From assembly GCA_963663865.1 (NCBI GenBank), contig OY760686.1:2432001-2496000 (forward strand): DNA of 64,000 nt, given 5' to 3'. Position numbers and translations under genes: made by a program. Below, one piece after another: positions 1 to 8,993 of the stretch; position 1 is the first letter of the stretch, and every line of letters starts with the position of its first letter. The notes beneath the pieces are model-generated. The model saw only the letters and a list, made by a program, of their open reading frames with translations, did no database searches and was not told the origin of the DNA. The stretch is from Spirochaetota bacterium (GTDB lineage Bacteria > Spirochaetota > UBA4802 > UBA5550).

Positions 1-768
1 GAAATTGACAAGATCAGGCAGACCGAGATATCGCTTGAGGCTGACGCTGCCGAAGCCGTCAGGGGCCTAATTCCGCTTCTGGCTAAAAGAGAACGTATTG
101 AATGGATGCGTCTCGTTTCAGAACTCAGAGAGTCTCATCCCCCCCTTGACTTTAAGGATAACAGCTTCATTCACCCGGCAAACCTGATAAAAATGATTGG
201 CCGCCTCGTTCCCGAAGACGCAATCGTTTCAACCGATGTTGGGCAGCACCAGATGTGGACGGCCCAGCACTTCCCTTTCAAACGACCGAGAACCCTTCTG
301 ACATCAAGCGGACTCGGGACCATGGGATTTGGACTGCCCGCGGCAATAGGTGCTGCCCTCGAAAATCCGGACAGGCTTTCTCTGTGTATAAGCGGTGACG
401 GATCGCTCCTTATGAATATACAGGAGCTTGCTACTCTGGCGGACCTCAAACTCAACGTGAAAATTGTACTTATAAACAACAATTGTCTCGGGCTGGTAAG
501 GCAGCAGCAGAAGCTTTTTTTCAAAGGCAACTATTCCGCCTCCAGCTTTGACTCATCACCCAATTTTGCCGCTATCGCAGCAGGCTTCGGAATCAATGCA
601 ATAAGGATAAATCTCGGACATAGCTTTGAGGACCAGCTGAACTCGTCGCTTTCCTCAGAAGGCCCAGTTCTCATTGAGATACCGACCGATCCGGACGCCC
701 TCGTTCTTCCGATGGTCCCGCCGGGGGAAGACAACACAACCATGATAGGAGGAGAATACTATGAGTAA
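1..768 (+). CDS. ilvB: Acetolactate synthase large subunit, C-terminal part (5'-truncated by window edge)
   Basis: Frame open from base 1. Contains TDVGQHQMW, TSSGLGTMGFGLPAAIGA and the TPP-binding GDGS...NN motif. Followed by an ACT small subunit. Confidence 0.93.
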   Translation, partial: EIDKIRQTEISLEADAAEAVRGLIPLLAKRERIEWMRLVSELRESHPPLDFKDNSFIHPANLIKMIGRLVPEDAIVSTDVGQHQMWTAQHFPFKRPRTLLTSSGLGTMGFGLPAAIGAALENPDRLSLCISGDGSLLMNIQELATLADLKLNVKIVLINNNCLGLVRQQQKLFFKGNYSASSFDSSPNFAAIAAGFGINAIRINLGHSFEDQLNSSLSSEGPVLIEIPTDPDALVLPMVPPGEDNTTMIGGEYYE

Positions 769-1060
769 CATAATACTTGACCTGAAGGTACGCAACCATC
801 CCGGAGTGATGTCACAGATAACAGGGCTGTTTTCAAGAAGGCGCTTCAATCTCGAAGCTATACTATGCTCTGCTCTCAATGGCGGCGAGATAAGCCGTAT
901 GTTTCTGCTGGTTAAAGACGATGACAGGCTTACTCAGATAATCAGCCAGGTAAGAAAGCTCTATGATGTCCTGGAGATTGAGCTGCATGGGGAAGATAAG
1001 CCCGAATACGGGAGGCTTGAAGCCCTGCTCGCCATGGCAGCGTCTGACTGCGTAGAGTAG
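761..1060 (+). CDS. ilvN: Acetolactate synthase small (ACT) subunit
   Basis: V.NHPGVMSQITGLFSRRRFN..I ACT signature and Q+.KL.DV motif; overlaps ilvB stop; GGAGGAG RBS. Confidence 0.9.
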   Translation: MSNIILDLKVRNHPGVMSQITGLFSRRRFNLEAILCSALNGGEISRMFLLVKDDDRLTQIISQVRKLYDVLEIELHGEDKPEYGRLEALLAMAASDCVE

Positions 1061-1075
1061 AAAACGGAACTCTGT

Positions 1076-1879
1076 TTATTCAAAGCTGTGCTCAGGGGCG
1101 GGAAACCGTCCCTCCTTCACTTCAGCTGAGTAAGTGTTCACGGCGGCTTCAATATCATCGCGAAGCGAAGCATACTTTTTGACAAACCTTGGCGTGAAGC
1201 CTGTATTCATTCCAAGCATATCATTAATAACGAGCACCTGTCCGTCGCAGCCGGCTCCCGCTCCAATGCCTATTGTCGGAACCGAAACGCTGGCCGTAAT
1301 CTCACTTGCCAATCCCTCGGGAACCATCTCAAGAACGATCGCAAAAACGCCCGAATCTTCAATAATCCTCGCGTCCTCAAGTATTTCCCGCCGGCGCACC
1401 TCTTCCCTGCCCTGGACATGGTATCCGCCAAAGCTCTGCACCGATTGAGGCGTAAGCCCCAGATGCCCCATTACCGGAATTGAGGATCTGACAAGAGCGC
1501 TGATCGCGGAGGCGAAATGACGTCCGCCCTCAAGCTTGACAGCGTTGACTCCAGACTCCTTCATGATCCTGCCGGCATTGCGAAGCGCCTCTTCCACGCT
1601 GACCTGATAGCTCATGAACGGCATATCGGTTACTATGAATTTTTCAGGAGCCCCTCTCTGTACGATTGTTGAATGGTACACCATCTGATCTACTGTAACA
1701 GGCAGCGTATTCTGGAAACCGGCAACTACGTTGCCCAGAGAGTCACCAACCAGAAGCACGTCTATCTCTGTCCTTGACAGGATGGAGGCAAAAGCATAAT
1801 CGTAGCAAGTCACAACGCTGATCTTCTCACCAGCGCTTTTCATTTTTTTAAAGTCGTTAATGTTTTTTATCGAGTTCAT
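1076..1879 (-). CDS. panB: 3-methyl-2-oxobutanoate hydroxymethyltransferase
   Basis: LVGDSLG, DMPF, VKLEGG, MGHLGLTPQS and TIGIGAG..CDGQVLV motifs. Confidence 0.97.
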   Translation of the reverse strand: MNSIKNINDFKKMKSAGEKISVVTCYDYAFASILSRTEIDVLLVGDSLGNVVAGFQNTLPVTVDQMVYHSTIVQRGAPEKFIVTDMPFMSYQVSVEEALRNAGRIMKESGVNAVKLEGGRHFASAISALVRSSIPVMGHLGLTPQSVQSFGGYHVQGREEVRRREILEDARIIEDSGVFAIVLEMVPEGLASEITASVSVPTIGIGAGAGCDGQVLVINDMLGMNTGFTPRFVKKYASLRDDIEAAVNTYSAEVKEGRFPAPEHSFE

Positions 1880-2324
1880 TTATAAGCTCCCTGACGGTTA
1901 GACCCGTAACAGGGTCTGTAATTGATTCGTCAATCACGGCAAGCTGGTCAAGAATGAAGGCCCTTTCCCGCATGGCCGGGTGCGGTATCTCAAGTATTTC
2001 CGATTTGTGAATTATATCATCATAGAGTATAATGTCAATGTCGATGTTGCGGGGCCCCTTTGGCAGGGTTCTAACCCGTCCCATATCAGACTCAATTTTT
2101 TTTATTACTTTTAAAAGATCTTCCGGAGGATATTCTGTCTCAACTACAACGATTCTGTTTATAAACATAGGCTGTTCGAGATAATCAACCGGCTCGGTTT
2201 CAGCATTATCAGTCGAATCGATAATCCGGATTCTTTCGTTTGAACCCAGCCTTAGTACTGCTTCGTCAATACTGGCCTCGCGGTTTCCGATATTGCTCCC
2301 GAGCCCCAGGAAGACCTTCGCCAT
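1857..2324 (-). CDS. folK: 2-amino-4-hydroxy-6-hydroxymethyldihydropteridine diphosphokinase
   Basis: LGLGSN.G, ETEP, F.N, IE..MGR, GPRNIDIDII and IPHP...ERAF motifs. Confidence 0.95.
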   Translation of the reverse strand: MAKVFLGLGSNIGNREASIDEAVLRLGSNERIRIIDSTDNAETEPVDYLEQPMFINRIVVVETEYPPEDLLKVIKKIESDMGRVRTLPKGPRNIDIDIILYDDIIHKSEILEIPHPAMRERAFILDQLAVIDESITDPVTGLTVRELINELDKKH

Positions 2325-3142
2325 CAGATCTCTTTCCTGTAGTCATCGCCGCTTATTTCCATGATACGGCACATTTCTGATATGCGCGAGAGCACCCTGC
2401 CGCCTGAAAGCTCATTAAGCGCTTTCGCCGGATTGTTGTTCGAAGTAAATATTGTGAACTTTCTCGCTTCATATCTCGCGTCAACGAGATTGTAGAGGGT
2501 CTCCTGCTCCCAGGGTGAATCACGCTGGACACCGAAATCGTCAATTACAAGTACATCAGCCTCGGCAAGGCGGCGCTCTATCTGCGACGACTGACCGAAG
2601 GAGTCAGAGCTCTCGTTAAACGTGTTCTTCAGCTTGTTAAGATAGTCACGGGATATTTTCACAAACAGCCCATCCACAGCATATCTTGTAATAAGCTCCG
2701 TAAGAATAATTATCGAAAGAAGCGTTTTCCCTGTTCCCGGGTTTCCCCAGAGATACAGCCCCTTGTTTACATTCGGAAAATTCATTACTATTTCGTAGGC
2801 CGCGTTTTTTGCTTCGCTGGCCATTCGGCTTCTGTTAGCGTCGTAATTGCCGAGAAACTTCCACTTGAAATAGCGGTCAATCCCCGAGCGGTTGTAGATA
2901 TTTTTAATACGCTCAATTCTCATTCTCACTGACCGGCAGGGACAGTCGCTAATCTTGCCGTCTTCGAATATGTAGTAAGGCGCGACTCCTCCGCACTTGC
3001 AGTCCGGGAGCACGCATCTTTCGCAGGGAATCAGAGGGGATTCTCCCTGCACATCGTAGTAGGGATTGTGTACAATTCCGTCAAACTCGCAATATGTGCA
3101 TTTTTGCTTCTGCGCCGTCTGTCTATCTGTCTTGTCTGCCAT
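2324..3142 (-). CDS. DnaC/IstB-family AAA+ ATPase with Cys-rich (Zn-binding) N-terminus
   Basis: CxxC, CxxC, CxC and CPC at N-terminus; Walker A GNPGTGKT; Walker B LVIDDFG; FTSN; R..SR..EM. Stop overlaps the folK start. Confidence 0.8.
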   Translation of the reverse strand: MADKTDRQTAQKQKCTYCEFDGIVHNPYYDVQGESPLIPCERCVLPDCKCGGVAPYYIFEDGKISDCPCRSVRMRIERIKNIYNRSGIDRYFKWKFLGNYDANRSRMASEAKNAAYEIVMNFPNVNKGLYLWGNPGTGKTLLSIIILTELITRYAVDGLFVKISRDYLNKLKNTFNESSDSFGQSSQIERRLAEADVLVIDDFGVQRDSPWEQETLYNLVDARYEARKFTIFTSNNNPAKALNELSGGRVLSRISEMCRIMEISGDDYRKEI

Positions 3143-3363
3143 CTGCAATCGTCCGGTTATCAGCTGTTTAGTGCGGTGTCTGCCAGGCTTCCGCGTCCCC
3201 TTTACTCAAGCCTTGTGTGGCCTGAAGCATTATCCGGGAATGTTCTCCTGATATGACCTTGAGCCGGCTGTGTCAACAAAATAAAGGCGTGATAAAATTG
3301 CATTTTTCTTGAATAATTAGACACAAATACAGTAATATTGTACCAAATAATATCCATAAATAA

Positions 3364-3391
3364 TGAATTTTGGCGGCTGTCGTGCCGATAA
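3364..3391 (+). promoter_or_regulatory. Putative sigma-28 (FliA) promoter of fcpA
   Basis: Exact GCCGATAA -10 at 3384-3391 with TGAA 16 nt upstream, 42 nt before a flagellar gene. Confidence 0.55.
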
Positions 3392-3433
3392 TTTACCTGT
3401 ATATTATCCCAAGTTGTAACCAAGAGGAATCCA

Positions 3434-4279
3434 ATGATCATGAAACCAGTTAGAAACCTGTTATTCGCCTTATTAGCACTTATAATCGGTGCCGGAACGC
3501 TTTCAGCGCAGCAAAATCCGCAGAACGCAGAACAGCCTGCTGCCCAAAAAGAAGACATGACCCCGGAACCCGGCTGGAGGGTCAGAGACTTTCAGCCCTA
3601 CATAAAAGCAATCGAAGAATTGGAGAAACTCAACAAGGAGTACTCCGAAACCCTTCTCAAACTCGCGATTGATGAATACTCAACCGGGCTTGACATACTC
3701 GAAGACATGGAAAATGACATCATAAAGATGGCTGAACAGAACAAGAAAAAGAAAAACCTGAACGAGAGATGGTACTGGCAGGAGATTGACAGACGCAATC
3801 AGGAGCAGAGACAGATGGCAATGCGAAAGCACGAAGCCAAGATGAAATCGGTTACCTATCTTACAAAGTCGATTAAGTTCCTTGATTCAATTGAAAACGT
3901 TGAAGTAATAAAAGATCCAAAATTTATCAACTTTCAGTCGAGACTGTTTCAGGTCTATGTCTCAACACAGTACGACCTTATGAACTTTAAACCCTGCATC
4001 CCGATTCTTGAAAGGTATGTCACCCTGAGTGAAAACAACAAGAAGGATGTGTGGGCTTACAAGTACATGGCAAGCTGCTATGGGTACATGGAAAAGATTC
4101 TCCAGAAATACCGCCATTCAACAGAAGATGAAATTATGCAGTTCAGAAATAAGAAGAACTCGAGCATTTTGCAGGCCGTTGAGCTGAAATACGGAATAGA
4201 ATCGCCGCATTACAAGCATATTCAGGAAACCGTTCAGCAGGATGAGAAGAAGAGCGAACGCATAAACGATTTCAGATAA
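3434..4279 (+). CDS. fcpA: Flagellar sheath/coiling protein FcpA homologue (signal peptide, helical)
   Basis: Motifs match recalled Leptospira FcpA: L.E+WYWQ.+DR, YDL.N...CIPILE.Y, A.KY+ASCY, KKN...L.A.ELKYG..SP.YKHI...V..DE. Confidence 0.85.
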   Translation: MIMKPVRNLLFALLALIIGAGTLSAQQNPQNAEQPAAQKEDMTPEPGWRVRDFQPYIKAIEELEKLNKEYSETLLKLAIDEYSTGLDILEDMENDIIKMAEQNKKKKNLNERWYWQEIDRRNQEQRQMAMRKHEAKMKSVTYLTKSIKFLDSIENVEVIKDPKFINFQSRLFQVYVSTQYDLMNFKPCIPILERYVTLSENNKKDVWAYKYMASCYGYMEKILQKYRHSTEDEIMQFRNKKNSSILQAVELKYGIESPHYKHIQETVQQDEKKSERINDFR

Positions 4280-4293
4280 TCCATGGCATTTAT

Positions 4294-4325
4294 CAGTCCG
4301 GGTTCGCTTTGTTCGGCCCGGACTG
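4294..4325. terminator. Stem-loop between convergent genes
   Basis: cagtccggg...cccggactg inverted repeat. Confidence 0.55.
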
Positions 4326-4344
4326 TATGATATGAATTCTCCGT

Positions 4345-5388
4345 TTACTCCATTACTGTAGAAATAGAAACCCTGTACTTTATCACTCCCCTCACAATAC
4401 CCAGCTTGATTATTCTGTTTAGCGGCAGATAAAACTTTACGGCATCAGGCTGCATGATATTGTTCTCTCTGCGGTACACGCCGCTTTCCGCGTCCAGCTT
4501 CCAGCGTTCAGCCCTCAGAATATGGTACTCGCCGGCCTTGCAGCTGTAGACTGATCTTCTCGGCAATATACTCAGGCCGGTATCGGTCCTGCCGGCTTCA
4601 GCGCCGTCCAGAAATATTTTGTAGAAGACAAGATTTTCAGAATTCTGCCTTGTATCTTCTGCGGCCTCATCCCACGCTTCAACCAGGAGATTGAATTCAT
4701 CGGGAAGCGCGGGCCTGAGCTCAGGCGAAAAAACATAGAGACTTGCCCCCCGCACGTAATCCACAATCTCTGAGACCGTGCCATTACTGACCCCCGCAAG
4801 CCCGTTGGCTCCCAGGATTTCAATTGATGCCGGCTTTTCAAGGCTGACTGGAAGCTTGACATCTCTAAACATAACGAAAAACCCATCAACGCCGGCGCAG
4901 AGGAGCAGAAGCTCTTCATCGGCAAGCGCAGCGTCTACGACACCGTCCCTTACCTGAACAGCGCCTCCGCCAGCGGGTATTCTGTAAAGAAACGAAGCGC
5001 TGCCGGTTTCAGTCATGTTCTCCGCCAGGACAAAGGCAGCCTGCCTGTTGAAAAAAAGCCGTCTGACAGAGCCCGGGCTGACCGGCGCTGGAAGCGGCAC
5101 CTCTGTGACTACACCGTCCTCAAAGTATCCGCAAACATACGAGCTGTTTCCGCCGGCTGAATCCTCGCGTATATAAGTGTTCTTCCCGAACGAGCGGCTG
5201 TAGTACACAACCATGCCCTGCAGCGGCGGTATACGGATTTCTGAAGCTTTCAGCTCTCCCTCTTCGATGTAAATATCGTTTCGAGTTGACGCATAGGACT
5301 GCGCTGTAATTGCATCATTTGCGCTGTTTACCTCCGACTGCAAGATTAGAACTGAAAGCGCTGAGGCCAGAGTCATACATGAAAGCAT
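4345..5388 (-). CDS. Hypothetical exported protein
   Basis: 347-aa ORF overlapping the panP stop; hydrophobic N-terminus; beta-rich; no recognised motif. Confidence 0.65.
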   Translation of the reverse strand: MLSCMTLASALSVLILQSEVNSANDAITAQSYASTRNDIYIEEGELKASEIRIPPLQGMVVYYSRSFGKNTYIREDSAGGNSSYVCGYFEDGVVTEVPLPAPVSPGSVRRLFFNRQAAFVLAENMTETGSASFLYRIPAGGGAVQVRDGVVDAALADEELLLLCAGVDGFFVMFRDVKLPVSLEKPASIEILGANGLAGVSNGTVSEIVDYVRGASLYVFSPELRPALPDEFNLLVEAWDEAAEDTRQNSENLVFYKIFLDGAEAGRTDTGLSILPRRSVYSCKAGEYHILRAERWKLDAESGVYRRENNIMQPDAVKFYLPLNRIIKLGIVRGVIKYRVSISTVME

Positions 5389-7079
5389 TCAAACCTCCGG
5401 GAAAATTCTGATTCGTATATCGCAAGGCCAAGCCTGTTCTGCTGATTCAATATCTCCGTGAGGATTGCCTTTGTTGTCAGAGGATTGACCGTTATCGCCC
5501 TCAGAATTACAATGTTCTGACGGAAATAATACGGTATCTCAAGCATTGTCCTTGAGACAAAGCTCGCATCCTCTTCCCTTAGCGCCTTATGCAGCTCAAT
5601 GTTCAGTTCGTTCAAAAGCTCGTTGATAGCGGCAATGTCTGTAAGCGACTTTTCTTTATCAAGGCCATCCTGCTTTGCACTTTTCATTTTTTCTCGGAGT
5701 AACGCCATTACGTTTTCAGGAACAAATCTGTAATTTGTGATAAATAGATCGGGCCTGTTAGTACGTTCAAAGTTTGAATGCGCGTCTATGATTCTGCTCA
5801 GCTCGCCGGTCAGTCCAAATGCGTAGTCAAACAGAAGTTTGAAGCCTGCCCTGCCGATAACCTTTAACGTGGCCCAGGGCTTTAGAGCTGAAAAAGGCCT
5901 TGATCCTTCCACGCTGAAGCGTCCGAGGTCAACTGAATCGGGGCGTATTATGTAATTCGAAAAATGCTTTATGTGTCCCAATGCCTCAAGGCTTTTGAAG
6001 ACCGTAACCCCCATTGAAACAGGCGAATAGAGCAGCTTGTGAGCGTCAAGGCAAACTGAATCGGCCCTTTCAATACCTTTGAACTTTTCACGCTGCTCAT
6101 CAACGATAAGCACAGCCCCTCCCCAGGCCGCGTCAACGTGAAAGAATATTCCATACTCACGGGCAATATCTGCCATCTCATCAAGAGGGTCAATTGAGCC
6201 AGTCTCAGTAGTCCCGGCTATTCCAACCAGAGCCACAATCGCCGTTCTTTCTGATCCATCAGCGTTGCTTTCCCTGATACCGTCAAGTACAGACCTCAGG
6301 GCCGCAATATCAATGCGGTCATTTTCATCTACAGGAATTTTTATTACATTTTCATCGCCTATTCCGATGATTCTGGCGACCTTATCAATTGAGTAATGAC
6401 CCCTCTGAGAAACAATAATCACTGCCCTGTCTATTCCGGCATGTTTATAAGCCGCAGCTACACCTGAGTGCCGTATCCCCTTGAATTCACCGTCTGACGG
6501 AAACAAACTGTTTCTCGCAACCAGAAGCGCCGTCAGATTCCCAAGAGTGCCGTCCAGCACGACAGTCCCGGCCCTGAAGTCTCTGTTAAGCAGGTTCTCT
6601 CTGTAAAAGCTGTCATCGCGCCCGTATACGAGACGGTGCATCCATGTGATAAACTCTCTTTCCACGAAAGTTGACGCCTTGGCGGTCTCAATCTTCACCT
6701 GGTTCTGGTTCAGGGAAGCTATTATCATCTCAAGAAGAATCATGAAGTAAGGTATGGCGCTCGTCATGTGTCCTATATAGTAGGGACTGCCGACCTTAAC
6801 TGAATGTGCAACGAGGCGGGTGCGTACCTCTTCAAGAACGTCCTTTAATAGAGAAGGATCATCGGGGATAGAGGTATCTGAGAAAAGCGAGTAGAGTTCG
6901 CCAAGCGAAATTTCACTGTGGATGCCGCCCTTTTCCTTAAAAAAACTGTGTATAAGAGATAGAAGCTCTCTTCCAAATTCAATGAATTTATCAGGGGAAT
7001 CCGGCATAATAAAGAGCTTCCTCAGATGCTCCATATCGCTAACTATTATTTTCTTTTCAGTGCCGGAAACAGGGGACAT
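5373..7079 (-). CDS. panP: PLP-dependent group II decarboxylase, PanP-type aspartate 1-decarboxylase
   Basis: YIGHMTSA.PYF...LNQN.VKIET.KA, GT.GNLTAL.VARN, GTTETG.IDPL, HVDAAWGG, DAHK (PLP Lys) and EGSRP motifs; panB nearby. Confidence 0.8.
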   Translation of the reverse strand: MSPVSGTEKKIIVSDMEHLRKLFIMPDSPDKFIEFGRELLSLIHSFFKEKGGIHSEISLGELYSLFSDTSIPDDPSLLKDVLEEVRTRLVAHSVKVGSPYYIGHMTSAIPYFMILLEMIIASLNQNQVKIETAKASTFVEREFITWMHRLVYGRDDSFYRENLLNRDFRAGTVVLDGTLGNLTALLVARNSLFPSDGEFKGIRHSGVAAAYKHAGIDRAVIIVSQRGHYSIDKVARIIGIGDENVIKIPVDENDRIDIAALRSVLDGIRESNADGSERTAIVALVGIAGTTETGSIDPLDEMADIAREYGIFFHVDAAWGGAVLIVDEQREKFKGIERADSVCLDAHKLLYSPVSMGVTVFKSLEALGHIKHFSNYIIRPDSVDLGRFSVEGSRPFSALKPWATLKVIGRAGFKLLFDYAFGLTGELSRIIDAHSNFERTNRPDLFITNYRFVPENVMALLREKMKSAKQDGLDKEKSLTDIAAINELLNELNIELHKALREEDASFVSRTMLEIPYYFRQNIVILRAITVNPLTTKAILTEILNQQNRLGLAIYESEFSRRFECFHV

Positions 7080-7430
7080 AGCTCTTCCCTTCGGGCAGGC
7101 TGAATAAAAGAATGTCAGTCCTGGCCGCCTATATAGATTAATAAGCCGGTATTTTTACTACAGTCGTTCCGATACTTCAGAACCGTATCCGCCGGCAAAG
7201 GGTCAGGATTAATCATTCTGATCAGTTTACCAGAGGATTTCAATGATAACCGGCAAGCAGTGTCATCAAATTGGCCGATAATCATTTTTCAAGTGATTTT
7301 TCATGTCAGAAGCGGCACGTCCCCCTGACTTCATACAAAGAAATTCTCTTCCTTCATCATAATTATACTCATCATTTATGACAGCATTCCCGATAATAAT
7401 ATGAAGGGATTACGATCCTGGAGGAGAATG

Positions 7431-7739
7431 ATGAACAGAAAATTCACCAAGTGGAGCTTTCCTGTAGTTGTTCGTTACGATGAGATTTCTGAGTATTCAC
7501 TGATGCTGAAGAAAGTCGAGGAAAGAGAGAACGTTCTATTTGACCTTTCAGAGACAAAGCGCATCAATTCCTCGTTCATCGGCTTTCTTATTCACGCCAA
7601 AGAATACATTGAGAACCGTAATAATGGACAACTGCATTTAAAATTTTCTGACAGTATTGAAAGAATTGTTGCCCTTCTCGGTCTTACTGCACATTTCTGC
7701 GTTAACACCGGAATTAATCCGGATATTAAAAGCGCATGA
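7431..7739 (+). CDS. STAS-domain protein (anti-sigma antagonist-like)
   Basis: FDLS....INSSFIG.L STAS motif; GGAGGAG RBS at 7420-7426. Confidence 0.75.
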   Translation: MNRKFTKWSFPVVVRYDEISEYSLMLKKVEERENVLFDLSETKRINSSFIGFLIHAKEYIENRNNGQLHLKFSDSIERIVALLGLTAHFCVNTGINPDIKSA

Positions 7740-7750
7740 AAGAAAACCTG

Positions 7751-7787
7751 TTGACATATTATTGCAGAATTTAATAAAATTCATTAA
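7751..7787 (+). promoter_or_regulatory. Sigma-70 promoter with overlapping AT-rich inverted repeat (probable ArsR autoregulatory site)
   Basis: TTGACA 7751-7756, TAAAAT 7775-7780; TTAAT-N7-ATTAA at 7771-7787. Confidence 0.4.
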
Positions 7788-7846
7788 TTGTTTAGATATC
7801 CCTGAAAAGGGAAAACCCCCAGTGCCTTCGTGTGAGGAAACTTTTA

Positions 7847-8149
7847 ATGAGTGAAAAGGTCACAGTCCTGTTTTCAGATGATCAAGTGGAAAATACCACT
7901 GAGCTGCTCAAATCCATTGCCCATCCGATCAGGTTGAAAATACTCTGCTATCTCATGGCTGGCGAGAAAAAGGTTAGCGATATCGAACAGCAGTTCGACT
8001 CAACAATATCGAACATATCACAGCATCTTACTGTCCTCAGAAAAGCGGGAATTATAACAAGACGGAAGCAGGCAAATTTCATGTTCTATTCAATAAGCAA
8101 CGAACGAATCATAACGCTTATGCAGGCGTTAAAAACAAGCTTCTGCTGA
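7847..8149 (+). CDS. ArsR/SmtB-family repressor, BigR/SqrR-like
   Basis: LK.IAHP.RL.ILC, SNISQHL..LR..G HTH, C-terminal FC. Confidence 0.88.
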   Translation: MSEKVTVLFSDDQVENTTELLKSIAHPIRLKILCYLMAGEKKVSDIEQQFDSTISNISQHLTVLRKAGIITRRKQANFMFYSISNERIITLMQALKTSFC

Positions 8150-8151
8150 AT

Positions 8152-8988
8152 CTACATAACTGACTCAATTCTTCCTGTATTAAAAAGCCTCTCTCCCCCT
8201 CTCAGGTGACAGTAAGCAACGATGTATTCCTTCTTTCCGTCACTGACAATCTTCCTGGGGATTATCTTCCGAACAGTCACATTGCCTGATGAATCACGGT
8301 ACTTTATGACAGCAGGCTGGCCGACTGTCAGGCCGGGCATAACTCTGCCGCTGCGCCGCATATCAGCCTTTAACCTTGGAGCAAGGAGCTTGCCGTGAAA
8401 AGCGGTCAGATCCGCAAGAGTCCACCTGCAGCCAGGATCCTTAAGGCGCAGCACGTCCCTGAAAATATCATGGCATCCCTCGGTGTCGCAGAACGCCCTG
8501 TGATGATCAGCAACCTCTCTGCCTATGTGTGAACATACAGTATCAAGCCTGTAATTCCCAAGGCCAGGATACGCGGCCCTCGCGAGCCGCACCGTGTCAA
8601 CGGCCCTGAAGCCTGAACAGTCATAGCCATTATCCTCCATCGCGCGGAACAGAAAAGACATATCGAAGCCGGGGTTCTGAATTACAAGCAGAGCGCCGTC
8701 AATCATGCTCGCGATTCTGTCCATGAACGCAGAAATCGGCGGGCTCTGTTCGACCATGCTGTCTGTAATACCATGAATAGCCGTTGTTTCCGGGGGGATA
8801 TTAACCCCCGGATTAACGAGCGCCTGAAATGTCTCGACTTCACCCTTCAGGCTGAAACGAATCATACCGATTTCAACAATTTCGTGCATCGCGGCGCTGA
8901 TGCCTGTCGTTTCAAGGTCTATGGCACAGAATGTCATCTCAGAGAGCTTTTTCCCCGGATTGTAATCGGTATTGAATGAAAATTTCAA
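8152..8988 (-). CDS. DEDDh 3'-5' exonuclease (DnaQ-like) fused to a C-terminal WYL domain
   Basis: DLETTG, IHGIT, N..FD, DT and HRA..D motifs; C-terminal IKY.D..G..T.R.I.P...AYCHLR..ER.F...RI WYL signature. Confidence 0.85.
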   Translation of the reverse strand: MKFSFNTDYNPGKKLSEMTFCAIDLETTGISAAMHEIVEIGMIRFSLKGEVETFQALVNPGVNIPPETTAIHGITDSMVEQSPPISAFMDRIASMIDGALLVIQNPGFDMSFLFRAMEDNGYDCSGFRAVDTVRLARAAYPGLGNYRLDTVCSHIGREVADHHRAFCDTEGCHDIFRDVLRLKDPGCRWTLADLTAFHGKLLAPRLKADMRRSGRVMPGLTVGQPAVIKYRDSSGNVTVRKIIPRKIVSDGKKEYIVAYCHLRGGERLFNTGRIESVM

Positions 8989-8993
8989 ATTGC

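Noticed and set aside
2324-3148. IS21 element suggested by the IstB-like ATPase
   Set aside because: No IstA transposase, terminal inverted repeats or target duplication seen; the gene is coupled to folK.
3160-3231. 20-codon upstream ORF (minus strand) before the DnaC-like gene
   Set aside because: No well-spaced RBS or informative codon bias; probably chance.
7080-7400. Possible pan-motif RNA or riboswitch upstream of panP
   Set aside because: Only short imperfect stems (gatac/gtatc, atcat/atgat); could not match a consensus by eye. Needs an Rfam scan.
7847-8149. ArsR as the SahR binding the metH box
   Set aside because: Only 100 aa and lacks the methyltransferase domain of SahR.
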